From positions 29,202,001 through 29,266,000 of the forward strand of contig OZ024748.1 in the NCBI GenBank assembly GCA_964016885.1: a stretch of 64,000 bases of DNA. The letters are read 5' to 3'. Both the position numbers and the translations under genes were made by a program. The stretch is from Eledone cirrhosa (lineage: Eukaryota). The notes beneath the pieces are model-generated. The model did not search any database, was not told the DNA's origin, and saw only the letters and a program-made list of their open reading frames with translations. Shown piece by piece: positions 43,928-58,900 of the stretch (the stretch's first letter is position 1; every line of letters starts with the position of its first letter).

Positions 43928-46900
43928 GTAGGATATACGTATATGAATATAATAGACGTTTGCGATATCCACATAAATAATGTTATTGATTAGTGGAAAT
44001 TTCAAAACATACCAAAAATACCCTATCAGATCGAAATAAACATACGAAGATTCAAAGAAAATTATGTGATTTCATTGTAGAAGAGTCAAGGTAGCCATTT
44101 TAAACAAACTGTTTTTGTTTTATTATATAAATATGTAATATTTTACAAAATTTCAAAATCCTGTTATACATCCACCGTAACCTGGTTATTAGCATTTATT
44201 TCACTGCATGCAGCAATTTAATTGAAAATAATAACATTAGTATTTTGATTGTAAGATGTACCGCGACAAAATACTTAGCTACTTAATTGTTTTTATTTTT
44301 GGTACAAGGCCAGCAATTATTCCAGTACATTACTTGTATTTTATTTTATCCACCACGTAATTATGAAAGGCTAAGTTAACCTCGGCTCGATTTGAACTCA
44401 GACCGTAAAAGGGCGTAACTCTATGATGCAAAGCATGGCGTCCGACCCTCTACCGATACTGTCAATCCACGGCCCCACTTAGCTACTTAATAATAATATA
44501 TAATGTTTCTATAATACTATAACAAAATTTATATATATAAATAAAATAACGTTGATTCTACCTCGCTTCGTGTGACTTTCCTAAACAACTGCAACTCTGA
44601 AATCAGTCTATTTACCCTCTACCCATTTCTCTCTATATACGAGGTGGGTCAGAAAAGTTCCAGGACTGATGTCACAAAAGATTTATTTCAAACCCAAACT
44701 TCACACGAAGAGTTTCTCCTTCAAAGTCATCCCCCTGGAGTCTAATGCCCTTTTCCATCCTTTTCTGCCACGCTTGCATGCACTCCTGGAAGGATTCTTC
44801 CGGGATCCTCCGCAGTTCTGTCACCACGGCCTTTTTGATGTCGTCCACGTCTTCAAAACGGGTCCCCTTCGGGTCGTACTCGAAGATCCATGACTCATCC
44901 CCGTTGATGACTGTCCCTAGCAAGTCTGGTTCGGTTTCAAGACGCTCGAGGATGTCCTGGCACACTTGCATGCGACGACCCTTCTGGTCATCGTTCAGCA
45001 GTTTTGGCACCACCTTCGCGCAGACTTTCCGCATGTCCAAATCTTCAGTGAGAATCTTCCAGATGTTGTCCCGATTCATGCCCAGGTCATTTGCCATCAG
45101 TCGAACAGTCAGCTGACGATCGCTACGCACCATCTGCCTGACGCGCTCAACGTTGATCTTAGTCCTGGTTGTTGAGGGCCTTCCGCTCCTGGGGTCATCT
45201 TCCACGTCCTCGCGTCCTTCTTTAAACCTCTTGCACCACTCAAAAACACGTGAGCGTGACATCGTCTCATTTCGATACACTTGCTGTAGCACTCACAGTG
45301 CTTCTGACGGAGTTTTCCAGTTTGTTCGTTGCTCTGTCTCATTGCTTGACGACCTGAAACAGAGGACATGTATATAAAATTATGAAGAAAAAAGTTTGAT
45401 TGCTGCAGAGAGCTAAGATTACAGTTACATACTCCAGGGGGATTACTTTGAAGGAGAAAACTCTTAGTGTGAAGTTTGGGATTGAAATAAATCTTTTGTG
45501 ACATCAGTCCTGGAAATTTTCTGACACACCTCGTATATCTACATCTCTGCTACCTATCGATCTAATATGATTAAAGTTTCCTTCCCCTCTATTGCGGTTC
45601 CTCCTCATCAGCGTGGTGGCCTCTTAGAGCCCCAATTACTGACTTAACCTTCGAGTCCATCTTTCAATCCAAGTTTGCTAACCTCAAGCAATTTTTAAAA
45701 AACTTTTAAAGCTTGCTTAGATTTCTTTATATTTAGGAATTAATTGTTGACTCCTAAGTTGTTGTATAAATGACATTGAAAATATTGATGGAAATGTGAA
45801 AGAAAAAGAAAAAAAAAATTATTTATATATCTCCTTCTCCACTTACCTACTCACCCACCTTCTTTTAATGAAAATTATATTATAAACATTTCAGAATCCA
45901 AGCTGGATTTTATTCATTGTTGTATAAAAAGAGATATAATAATACAATGCTTACAGAACAAAAGCACAAACAAATATAATATAAAGGAAAGGGAGAGAGA
46001 AAACAAAAAAAAAAGGAAAAGAAAGAGAAAAAAACACATCTGGGACCACATACAACAAAAGGCAGGCGAAAGGTGTGGACAACGAAGCTGCTATGAGAGT
46101 AAAAGATAACAGAATCGCGAGGAGCACTGGGAAGCCTCTCTAATGATTTTTGAGGCAAGCCAGCATGCTTGCAGTGTTACCTTGGCGGTGGCGAGGCTAT
46201 GCGCTGGAACAGCCAAGCGCCCTCACAAGCTTCACCAGTTTCCTTTGTCAGGCAAGCCGCAGGTGAAGATAGGAATCTTGCAGTCAGTAACCTAACTTCC
46301 CCAAATCTCTCAAACGCCACAGGCTGGAAAATGTAGTTGGCTGACAGACCACAGTACTTTAGGATTTTGTTCCGTTCGGCAGCGGAAGGTGTGGCTCTGG
46401 CCCTAACCACAGCATCCAGGATGTTGGAAGAAGGAAAAGAGTCACTAACTGTGATGTCCTAGACAAGGCATCTGCCTCTCCACCAGGAGCACAGGGTAAG
46501 GCCCCATCACTTCTGGATAACCCAGATGGTTCCAAGATTGAGGGGATGTTTGCCCGGGCCAAAGCTCTCTTGAGAATAAGGTTGTCAAAGCGTTGGTGGC
46601 AGGACGGAAATCTGTGAGAAGCTTAGGAATCGAAAGGTAGTTTTTGAGTATGAAAAAGCATTGATGGGGTTCGATTGATTCAATATTTTTCAGCAACAAG
46701 TCAAGGCCAACCATTTTCAATTGGAAGATTGACTCGAGGGCAAGGTCTGTAATTGGGGCTTCTAAGGAGCACCAAACTGACGGGAGAGGGACCGCAATGG
46801 AAGGGAAGGGCTCTGTAAGCAGGTCAATTGTCTGTTGATGTTGAGAAGCTGGGTGGTTGAGGATCCAGAGCTCACATTTGGAGCTATTGACCTGGAGACC

Positions 46901-49900
46901 CCAACGGCCAAGCTCCTCAACCATTTTGTTAGTAGTGGCGAGAACCTTATCTGGAGGTCCCCCAAACAAGCATCGTCGAGATACCAGACGTTGAGGCCCA
47001 ACTCAACCCCCATCTTGGTGATGTCATCAATGCCCAGTACAAATAGAGCGGCCCCGAGTGGGTCACCCTGTTGGATTCCTGAGGCAGAGGTGATGATTTG
47101 GTCACCAAAAGAGAGGTAGGAGGGCTCCCGATAAGCCTGCCAAGCAAAGTAGCAGAGTTGTGGGACCTTCTCTCTTACTGAGCAGAGGACAACATTGTGG
47201 CTGACCGAGTTGAAAGCGTTCTTGAGGTCAAGTTTGAGGATGACCTTGGGGGACAAGGAGGGTAAGTTGGTAAAGGCTCTGGTAGTGTGGGCAGCAGCCT
47301 CACATCCCAACTTGGTACCCACCCCTAGCTGGATGGGGGAAAATTCCTCCGCCAGTGAGTCAGACACTGATAGCAAACGCACCTTTGCAGTGAGAAAGCC
47401 AAGGGTGCAACCAACCACAATGGGGTACATGTCTCCATTGGGTTTAGTGAGACCAAATAATTTCACACCGAAGAACAGTGAGCGGATATATAGGGGAGAA
47501 CGTTCACTGAAGAGAACTGAGTTAGACTCTCCAAAAGCTCGAGTCCAGCCGGTCACCGGCCGATAAGGAAATACCATCCTTGACGTGTTGAGGTCAAAGG
47601 CCGTCAATCCTCGTACCAGTGGGGAAGAATGAAATTGCCTTTCTGATGTTTTCAGGGGTGTAGACTGGTTTCGAGTATTCAGGTGGTTCGGGCCAGTATA
47701 ACTGATCCTCTGGGGGTGCTGATGGGTGCTTCTTTTTCAGTCGCTCAAGAAAATCAAGAGTTACACGGAGCGAGGGAGGACAGAGAGGAGACAGACAGCC
47801 CCTTTAATGTCAAATTCGCTGAATTTGGCATTAACCACACACTTGAGGTTTGTCAGTTGCCTGTTGATCGGCACTGAGCTCTATGTCAAAGCGCTTGAGA
47901 GAGGATGTGAGGGAACCCGATTTTGCATTATGCACACAAAGAGGGATAAGAAGGAACAAAAACGGTATCTGCCAGCCAGACGTATTGGATATACAAATGT
48001 TTTTCAATAAATTAGCGAAGGCACGTGCAAAGCTATTCCAAACTAGTAGATGTTTTATTTGAGTGATGAAGAACAGTTTCAAAACGAAATGAATAAACAC
48101 AAAGACACAAAAGAAGAGTTATTATTTATCTTTTAATGTATCCATCTGTAAATGTATTTTTAATGTTATGAAACACAATTCTTTATTAGAGTGTGTACAT
48201 AAAACTCACTTAGCACCGAGGTGGGATGTAAAATTTCACGAAATATTTGTGGGAAGGGGACCACTTTTTGTTACCATATTGCTAGTGAAATACTCTGCCA
48301 ATGTGGTTCTTTTTCATTATTCATCAAATATTTGAACCATTACTTAACAAAGATTTCTTATATTAAAACTTTCCAACATAATTTGATATATGAACACTCT
48401 AAAATGGTGATTTTTGTATCATAGAATCAGAGTTCTACAGAGCCAAAGGAAATGGTGGCAAATACAAATCTTTAAATAGAAATTTAAAAAAAAATCTTTG
48501 ATAAAACATTTTTTCTAACTTTTAGCTGATCTGTCAGGAATTAAGTACATTTATTGCTGGAATGAGACAAAAACGAATGTGAAGACCTAGTTTTTGGTGA
48601 CAATTCAACAATGCTCCTAATGATTACTTTCTTAATATATATTTTCCACATTTATTTACCATCTTAATCACTAACCTTGATATTTTGGTTGTTAAATGGC
48701 TATATAAGAAAATTAGTTAATATTTTGTTATTAGTGTTGTCTTATTTAGGGTTTGTCTACTACATAGTTGTGATAATGGGGATTCCACTAACTGTTTTGT
48801 ACTTTTTTTTCTTATCTGTTTATTACAGGCTCTGAAAAGTGAAGGTGGAAGTCTAGGAAGTGAAGGCAAATCAGACGCAACTCCATCTCGTAAGTTAATT
48901 TTTATTTTTAGACATTTTGATTCCTTTATTTTCTTTGGTTGTATAATTTTTTCTGACTTTTGGGTTAGCATTATTGAAATAACGATGTCATTTTTATTTA
49001 ATACGCTATATTTTTATTGTGTTGGTGTGACACTAAAATATATTTAGTACTCTCTGTAAGGTGGCTGGTGATAAAGAGGCCATCCAGCTGTAGAAGCCAT
49101 AACTGTAATCTATGTTAGCAGGATGAACCTCCTCATGAGCTCAGGTAGAACAGTAAATTCAGTAAAGTACTGACTTCTTGGCCTGTAATGACTCGTGCCA
49201 GCTACTTTATTTATCAAATCTAAAATGGTGAGAGGCAAAATTGACTTTGACAAGATTTGGACTCATAGCTGAGAGAACTGGAACAAGTCTCAGAAGCTAC
49301 TTTATGTAAAGACCTTCCAATTTTCAGAGCTGAGAGAGCTGGGACAAACCTCACAAGCTATTCTATGTGAAGACCTAACAAACCATTTGCTTATGAAGTA
49401 AATTACTTAGCTACACAGCCATGCTTGCACATATGACCACATATCCATGATGTTGAAAAAAAAAAAGTAAATACCGTTAAATATAGATTAAAACACAAAT
49501 CTAAATATATTTAATATTTATTTTTCAGAAGATCTTGCTGCTTTGGCCAAAATTGAGGTGAGTTTTTCTTGTATTCTTTAGTATTTTATAAAAATTTGAC
49601 TGAAACCATGCTGATGCACCACATTGAAGGGATTTTGTTTGTCATATTGATCCCAGTACTTATTTTATTAATTGCTTTTTGATGAACCGCAAGCTCTGAA
49701 AAACACACACGCAAACATATACGTATGATAGACTTCTGTATAGTTTTCATCTTCCAAATTTATTTAGTCAGGTTTTAAATAAAATTCCATAAACAAATTT
49801 TTTATTACAATTTTCTCTAGACACTTTCATTTTCTTTGTCTCATTTCTATCACACACACTTCCTCTGTTAACTACAAATAACAAATTATATGTGTCAAAG

Positions 49901-52900
49901 TTAATATATATTTATTGTCAATTCTAGTACAGAACTGTGTGCTGGGTGGCCTGAATCTCTGCAAAGGCATGTGTTTGGAATGCGTTACATCCACTTGTGC
50001 ATTCATTTTATAAATAGGCTCTTTCGTTGATCAAACAAGTAGAAATTTTGTTGTCGGAACCAACAGTGGTCCAACACACACACAACACAACTTTGGTTGA
50101 CAGACGCTGACTTCGTAATAAATCCTCCTCCACCTTCACACCTGCTATCAGGAACATGTCTAGGGTTCTCTCTGCAGAGAAGTGCATCCTCGTTAAATAG
50201 AGAGAATACTTCGCTGATCTACTAAACCTGATCACAACAACATCTTCTGATGTACATGAGGTGCATCTGGAAGAACTCTTCCCCCATGACCCTCTCAGGA
50301 ATAAGTAGGCAAAGAAGAAGAATTATTGTCAATTTTGGTTGTCATTTAACAAGCTATACATACAGAATGTTGTATGTATGGAAACTTTTGTGTGAACTTA
50401 TTTGAAATATTAACATTTTTAGGCACTCTGTGAAGAGAAACTTATGGAGGAAAGTCAACCCATGGAAGATGGTCATCGTAAGTATCAATTATATAAATAA
50501 AGCAATGAGATAGATATAGATTTTGTGTGTGTGTTGGAATGTGTGTAGCTTCTTTTAACTCTTTAGCATTTGCATTACTCTATATATACTATTGTATTTT
50601 CGTGGTAAAGGTTTTATCTCACATCATATTGAATCTATGAGATTTTGATATTATTTATTTTGAGAGCAATATCTTAACATAGGTATGAGTGACCAGTTAT
50701 TGCTGCTTTGAACAGAAAGAGAATTCTGGCCGGATATGGCTGGTTTAAATGCTAAAGGGTTAATTTGTACAACTGATGTGTAACACACTATTATGTCATG
50801 TAGTGGTCTGTGTGTAATTGTATTTTAGACTTTGTTTAGATGTGTGCAACACAGTATTATATCATGTGGTGTGTGTGTATTTTAGACTTTGTTTAGATGT
50901 GTGCAACACAGTATTATGTCATGTAGTGGTGTGTGTGTAATTGTATTTTAGACTTTGTGATGTGTTTGAAACAGTATTATGTTATATAGTGTGTGTAATT
51001 GTATTTTAAATTGTTTAGATCTATGAAACTTAATATTATGTTATATGGTGGTGTATGTCTTGATCTAATGTATTATTCTAATTTCCAGAAAATGAACTTA
51101 CAGACAATATGCATAAGGTTGGTGAACTTTATCAATATATTTTTATAAATTTATGTCTTCCTCTATAGACACATACAATAGGTGCAGGCATGGCTGTATG
51201 AATAATCCTTTTGATATCAACCCAACTATGACTGGCTCTGGTTCTATGATTCCAACCCAGCTAAGACTGACTCTGGTTTTATGATACCAACCCAACTATG
51301 ACTGGCTCTGGTTTAATGATACCAATCCAGCTAAGACTGACTCTGGTTCTATGATACTAACCCAACTATGACTGGCTCTGGTTTTATGATACCAATCCAG
51401 TTAAGACTGACTCTGGTTTTATGATACCAACCCAACCAAGACTGACTCTGGTTTTATGGTACCAATCCAGCTGAGACTGACTCTGCTTTTATGATACTAA
51501 ATCAACCATGACTGGCTCTGGTTTTATGATACCAACCTAGCTGAGACTGACTCTGCTTTTATGATAGTAAACCAACCAACTCTGGCCCTGGTTCTATTAC
51601 ACTAACCCAAGCAAGACTGACTCTGGTTCTGTGATTCCAATCCAGTTAACACTGATTCTGGTTCTATGGAACAAAACCACCCATTTTAAAGGGTTCTATT
51701 TAGATTAAGATCTTCTAACATAATTTTATATATGAACCATATGTTAAGTTACCATCTTAGTAAATCCCTCAAATTTCTTCATTAATTAATTGAAATAGAG
51801 TTTATTTCATTATAAATGTAGTGACCAAAGGTTTAAGGAATTCACTTTGCAACAATCTGGTACCTTAGGCAAGTGTCTAATGAGGGGTAACCATGGGTAT
51901 TATAGTAATACCAGGATGATACAAGAGAAATAACATAAATTTTGAAGATCAGTAGAGTACTAAAGCTACAGTTAATCCTTTAAACATTATACATTCTGTT
52001 AATCCTTTAAACATTATACATTCTGTAATTCTATTAAAGTGTTCAAATTTTAATTAAAACTTTGGACTGAAATCTGATTATTACATGCTAGATAATATTA
52101 GATTTCAGTAGCTAAATATTTGTCTTTTATTATGAAATTAAAAATTAATTATTTTACTAACCCTCTCATATTTCCTAATTATTTCTGTAATTTAAACACA
52201 AAGGCAGTTTATTGTTAGAAATATTTTCATAAAAGATTTAAAGGACAAGAGTAGAAGAGTTCAGTGATAAGAGATAACAATAAGATATTCCTTTCTCATC
52301 ATATTTTGTTTGAATTTTCAGAAAGAAACAGAGACATCTGATGTGGCATTGGCTGATGTCTTTCTAAACACCACCAATGCTGATATTACTGACAATCAGA
52401 TACTTTCAAGTGATACAAAACCATCAGATATGTTGGTAAATGACACCTTTGATAAAGACCAGCTTGTGGAAGAGCTACCTGTCACATCTTTAGATACAAA
52501 CAAAGAAACTAATACTGTTTTGCAGGTAAATCTACTTTTGTTTTACATGATAATACTTTAACCCTTAATTACCTAATTTTTATTTTTTTAAATCATTTTG
52601 AAAATAATGAATTTGGAGATATTTAATAAGAGGACTGACTTTCTTATTATTAAGCTGGTGTTTAGAACATAACTAGTTTTCTTACATAAATTTATTATGG
52701 AATGTTATTAAATAAATACAAACACTTTAAAATAAATTAGTTTGTATTATAGAAGTAAATACATTTCCAAGTGTTTTTGATTCACAATTGTTAAAATATT
52801 ATATTTGTAAAATTAGTGTAACTATGATAAGCTGTTAAAATTACTAGCCACAAATTAATAAATTAATCCTTTTGAGACCAAACCAAACAATTTATTTCTA

Positions 52901-55900
52901 CTATGTCCATGTATTGTATATCATCAGTTGTTGTTGTTATCAGATATCTTCTCTATTTTAGGAAGAAGCTGATGATACATTAAAGGATACCACAGGTAGG
53001 AAATTTGAGTTTCAGTAAATTTTTAGAATAATCTGCTTATTGTTGTTATACTTTACTTGATTTTCTTTCAGTTGTTTCAGCCTCTCTTCTTTCTTCTCCC
53101 ATAAAAAATAATAAAACTGGTCCAAATATGGTATTTACACAAACTGTCTTTTTGTCTGTTATTTCACTTATGTTATAAGTGAAATTTTATATTAATTTTT
53201 TAATTGACTATTAAAGCTAGTTACAGACTGTAATTTTATCAGTGATGGATATATTGTAAGAAAAGACTTATATTAAGTATGGTTTATACAAGATTTTACT
53301 TTAGGAGGAACTATATTGGTTCATTGTATGGTAATCAACTACTAATCTAGTTTGTAATGTTATTTAAATCTTAACATCCTGTAATAATATAGCAGAAAAT
53401 ATCTAAAAATGGGTTTGGTAATTCAGATTGTTGTAGACATTTGTGTTACAGTAACAACATTAATTTTTTATGTAATGCAGTCATTGTGCTGTTTTGTATT
53501 TTTTAAGAATGTATTTCTAGTGTGGTTTCATGTGATATATAATGTTAAAATTAAAAAAGAATTTACTGCTATTCCACAACTACCTTTCACACTAACAATT
53601 GGTTTCTACAGTTATATGTAATATCTCTATTAAAGGTATTTATCTCTCAATCATTCAGTCCACCTAGCTGTAAATAGGTACCATACTGTTCTTGACTGAA
53701 GGCTATTTGTTTGCTGAAATCCCCTTATGTAGCTAGAAAAAGCAACAAGAAATCCTGCCAATGTATCATCTCTTGAATAACATATATGAAGACAATATTA
53801 CAAGAGTTGTCCCCTATATTCTAAGTTTCCAATTCAGCTTAATATGATTGATATTTTAAGAACTGTAATGTATGATTGTGTGATGTTCATGCCTTTCTCA
53901 GTAATATCAGTAATATGAAAGTGAAATATTATTTACAAACAGGGATTGAAGTCAGGTTTCAGTTAGTTTTTCAAATGCTGCCTCTTTGCCAATTATTGCT
54001 ACAAGCAAAATGTATGATGTAGAGTAAATGTGATGTGATGTCATTCACGTGATTCATAACAATTTCTAACGTGAGAAAAGAATCAAACCTAGTATACGTC
54101 CATCCCACGCCTTCCAGGGCAGGTCGCAGGCCAATCATCAGTTTTTACGGCATGAAATGGAGACTGCAATATAGTTTTCGAACAGGCCCCTCTACCTAAG
54201 GCCTGAACGTGTCCCTTGTTAACCCGCGTGAAGGACGATGTGGTATGGTTTTTTTTCGTACCTCTCACAATATTGCTGTTTTGGTGGTCTTATGCACGCC
54301 AGTCACCAATCTGGTACTTTGTCAAACCCGCGAACACGACTTTTTTATTGGTGGCCTTTACTTGCCTCGTCATAGCAACATCACTAGGTTTTAAGAGTTT
54401 TCTTGGGAGCTACTGGTGACTTTAAACACAGAAAAATAAATTTGGTGAAAAACCTGTTGTGATATCCCAAATACAAGGATCTGAGAATTGATAAAATTGC
54501 TATTTATATTAAAAATGGATTATATAAAAAGAAAGAGCATAAACTAGGTTTTAAAATGATACGTAATTTAATGCACTGTTAGTTTTTATTCTTATAAAAA
54601 TATTGAAATAAACATAAAACCTGCGTGAACCACATAGTACATCATTATAGGGTCGGACTCCATGCTTTCCAGCATAGTTACGTCCCTTTATGATCTGAGT
54701 TCAAATCCCGCCGAGTTTAACTTTGCCTTTCATCCTTACGGGGTCGATAAAATAAAGTACCAGTAATGCACTGGGATAATTACCGGCCTTGTGCCTCAAG
54801 TAGAAACAATTATTAACTGAGGCGATGGATTAGCAGTATCGGTAGAGGTTCGGACACCTTACTTTGCAGCATAGAGTTACAGGCCTTTATGATCTGAGTT
54901 CAAATTCCGCCAAGGTTAACTTACGGGTCGTCGATAAAATAAAGCACCAGTAATGCACTGGGTAATTGCTGGCTTCGTGCCAGAAGTAGAAACAATTATT
55001 AACTCATGACAACATAACCTCAAACAATTGTTTAAACAACAATTTCATTTCCATTCTAATATTAAAATAATGTATATAATAAATAAACATACACTCCAGG
55101 TAATGGTAAGTTGAGAAATTTTTTTTCTGTATACTATCAGGAAATATAATGGGGTTTATGTGAATTTAAAAGTTGTATGTATTTATATGTGTGTGTGTGT
55201 GTCTGTTGCATGCATTTGTCTTGAGGCTAAATTTCATTTAAGAGAGAAGACATTGAGAATATGAATTATTCTTCAGAATTTCAAGTCTTCTATCCAAACA
55301 CACACACACAAACATATATATATATATAAGTTTAATTGATACATAAAAATATATACCGATTGTGTTTCTCAATAAAATAGTTTGATGAACATTAATTAGT
55401 TCTTAGGACATTCAGCCATAGAATTTTATCATACCACTTTATGTAAGTATTTTTACTCACTATATTTTCTTTTGGCCCTACTAATTAGGAATTTTAAATT
55501 TACTATCATAAAATGAGTATATCTTCTTACAATTTAATTTTCAAAATACCAGCAGTTTCTCAATTGATATGATCGGTAAATATTCCTTTATGTATTGTTT
55601 AAACTTGTGAAATGATATATAAATATTTCTTATGATAATCAGTGTTGGGTAATCGAAGCAATCCACCACTAATGGTGTAATCAGGTGGAAGCACTCAACA
55701 TCATGGATGCCACAAGGTATTACATATACGGTATCAGAGTATCAATTTTAAGAAAAAGAAGAGAGACTATTTCACGTATTCAACATCAGGATGATGTAAT
55801 GGAATAAACTGATGTTGAATTGTGATACCATCTCACTTTCTTTTTTTAATATGTATATATTGTGCATGTTTGTGTGTTCATGCATTTGCCTAGATTCAAA

Positions 55901-58900
55901 ATAGCTGAATTCAGAAGTCATTGACACCTCTGCTCATTCTTCCAGTATTTTCACATCTTTGAACAAGACACTTCTCTAGGCATCAGTTCTTCCAGATGTG
56001 GAGAAAAACCTCCACATATGGATATTTGGTTGTCTGCCAACTGACATCCTATTCCAGAACATATTAAATTACTTACCATTGCATTAGCAGTGTAAACATG
56101 TCTGAATTTACTGAAGCCATCCCATGGTTAACAGTATAATACATACATAAATATATATGTATGTGTGTGTCAGTGAGACATTTGTGGTATTTTTCTCAAG
56201 AGTCTATCCAGTTCTATATTTTCTGAGAGCCTGTAGCTTAGTTTTAGTGTTTTGTACAACTACTTCAGTTCTATTTTGAATGTGTTGAAGACAATATCAC
56301 TGAGGATATATGGAGTGAAAATTTGACACAAAAGTTTCTATTTGAAATGTAATTATTATCCATATTCAAAATCCTAACGGATTGCGAGACTAAAAGCTTT
56401 AATAGTAACATTTTATTTATTGTATTCTTTCTTTCCTATTGAAACTCTCTGCAGAACACAGTCTGTTGTGGAGTGAGGTTTAACAAGTTTTCATTTTGTA
56501 TCAACTATTTCATTCTAAATTAACTTTCTATAGCACCGCCAGTACTGTCATCTTCATCAGTGGAAATTAACAGAAAAGAAGAAAACAGTGGATTATCCTC
56601 ATCATTGGAGATGAATTCAGTGGAGAGAAACGATGCTAAGTCTTCATCCCCAGGGTATACTTTAAAGGGAGAAAATGGTGAAAAGTCCCCACCAGACAGC
56701 AGGATGACAGCAACTCCACCACAAAGTTGTAATGAACTTAAAGGAGATGATGTGACCAATAGAGTTCTCTCGGATAGTTTACCTCCAACACCCACCAGTG
56801 TACCTTGTATAGCTCCATTTACATTAAAAGACACAATCAGTATGGACACTTCCACCACTCAACAGAGTGAAGAAAATGAATCACTTATAGTACATGTTGA
56901 TGACACTCAGAATGATTTAGATGCTGACCTTGTGGCATCCAAAACAAATAATGGTAAAATAGAGAAGACACCAAAGGACAAAGTGAGTGGCAAAAGTGAA
57001 GTGAAGAAAACAGATGGAAGCACAGTTGAGGAAAAGGCTAAAGGTAAAATTGAAGGAGGGCAAACTGAGAAGAAGACTGATGAAAAGAAAGATGATAAAG
57101 ATGTAAAGTCGAAGAGGTTGGTTTTCATGTCATCTTTCCCACTGCTTTGATTCAAAGATGTCATTAGTTAAATGATCTTACTTCTCGGTAACAGATGTCG
57201 ACACCTTGGCTAAAACTGGGGTCTACAACTGCCAAAAGGAACAGTTTCTCTGGAACTATAAGTTAACCTATGTAAGTAGGTTTTCTTCAGAGAGCATCCT
57301 TTCATGGTTAATCATAAGTTATTTAAAAAAGAAGATATGTGAGTATGTGTATCTGGTTTGATTGTAGATTTAACACCAAACTACTACTAATAATAATAAT
57401 AATATTAGACATCTCTCTAGTCTTCATAAGGCATGATAATATATTGTAATAGTTGTATTGTAGGATTACTATTAAATAAGACATGGCCTGGGCTATAATT
57501 GACTAAAACATATCTGAGATATCTTTTCATCAGTTTCTCATATTTGAGACTACAATGGAAGTGTTGAGAGGCCAGGATTTCTCTTGGCTTATGTGCTACA
57601 GTCTCTAACAAATTGATAAAGCTTGTGTATTTGTTGAGTAAACACATATGATGATACCAATGAAGATGTTTGGTAGATAATGATGCGTGTTTATAGAAGT
57701 AAATATTTATACTTTAGATGATTAATGTGAACTATAGTTCATGAAATGAAAAGGGGCCAGCAAATAGTTTGGGAGTTGGCTGGGGATAAGGAATCTTAGT
57801 TGGAGTGTGATTACATAAGATGTTCAAACTCACATATTAGGAGATTTACCAAATTATTGAAGTATTATCCACTGGAACTAATAACCAATATCATGAAGCA
57901 AAACTAACTGTTTGGATGAAGATGAGAATAATGAAGAGGAGGAAGCCTGAGTTCTCAAGAATAAAATTTTAAAAAACATATTGATGAATTTGTGGATGTC
58001 AGATAATTGATAATTTCTCTGACAAGATAGAAATTGGATGATGTTTGAAAAGATTGAAGACTGAGTTAATGGTTCCTGTATTCCAGCCATATTTCTGCTA
58101 AACTAGCAGTTAGTGTTTAGGGAATTGCACATTATATGCTGACCTCTTTTTAATTTCCTGAAGACTATAGTTCATGTATTTCTGTATATTTTTGATAACT
58201 GTTAGTTCTTTATTGCTGGTGTATAATGTCAGTTGTTAACTAATTAGTAATCCATTCATTGTCTCAACCAATAATTCCATTACAAATTAGTGCTTTTGTA
58301 TTCATTTATATCTAAAATAGATAAATTGCTAGTACAAAAGCATATTTTAATAAGAGGTAAGCTTCTTTCGTCGTTACATTTTCCCACTCACATGTAATAT
58401 TAATTTGATATTAGTTATAGAAATATATTTAACTATGTATAACATTTGTTATGCTTTGCTAAATATTAAAGTTACGTTGTCACATCATTCTTATATAATA
58501 AGTATGTCTTTGAGTATATATGTATATGCATGTATGTGTGTGTGTATTTTGTTTATTTCAATATATATATCTGTATCTGTATATTTAGATTGAGAACCCT
58601 AATATAAAGTGGTATTGTGTGGGTTTGCAAGTTCAATTACAATTCATATAAATGATGAAATTATGTTCCAAAATTTTCCCTTGACATTTACTTTTGATGA
58701 TGTTGATGATATTTCTAAACCATTGTTTTGTTGTTACAGTTCTTCAGTTTCTAAGCCAAAAGTTGTCAAAAATATCAAAAGTAAGTTTTTGTTTCACATT
58801 TTCTTTGATTTTTGCTTCTTTTCTAAACTTATTTTAACATTTTGATATATTTGAGACATGGTTATTGATATATTTCTGTGTTTAATAGGCAACAACGAAA

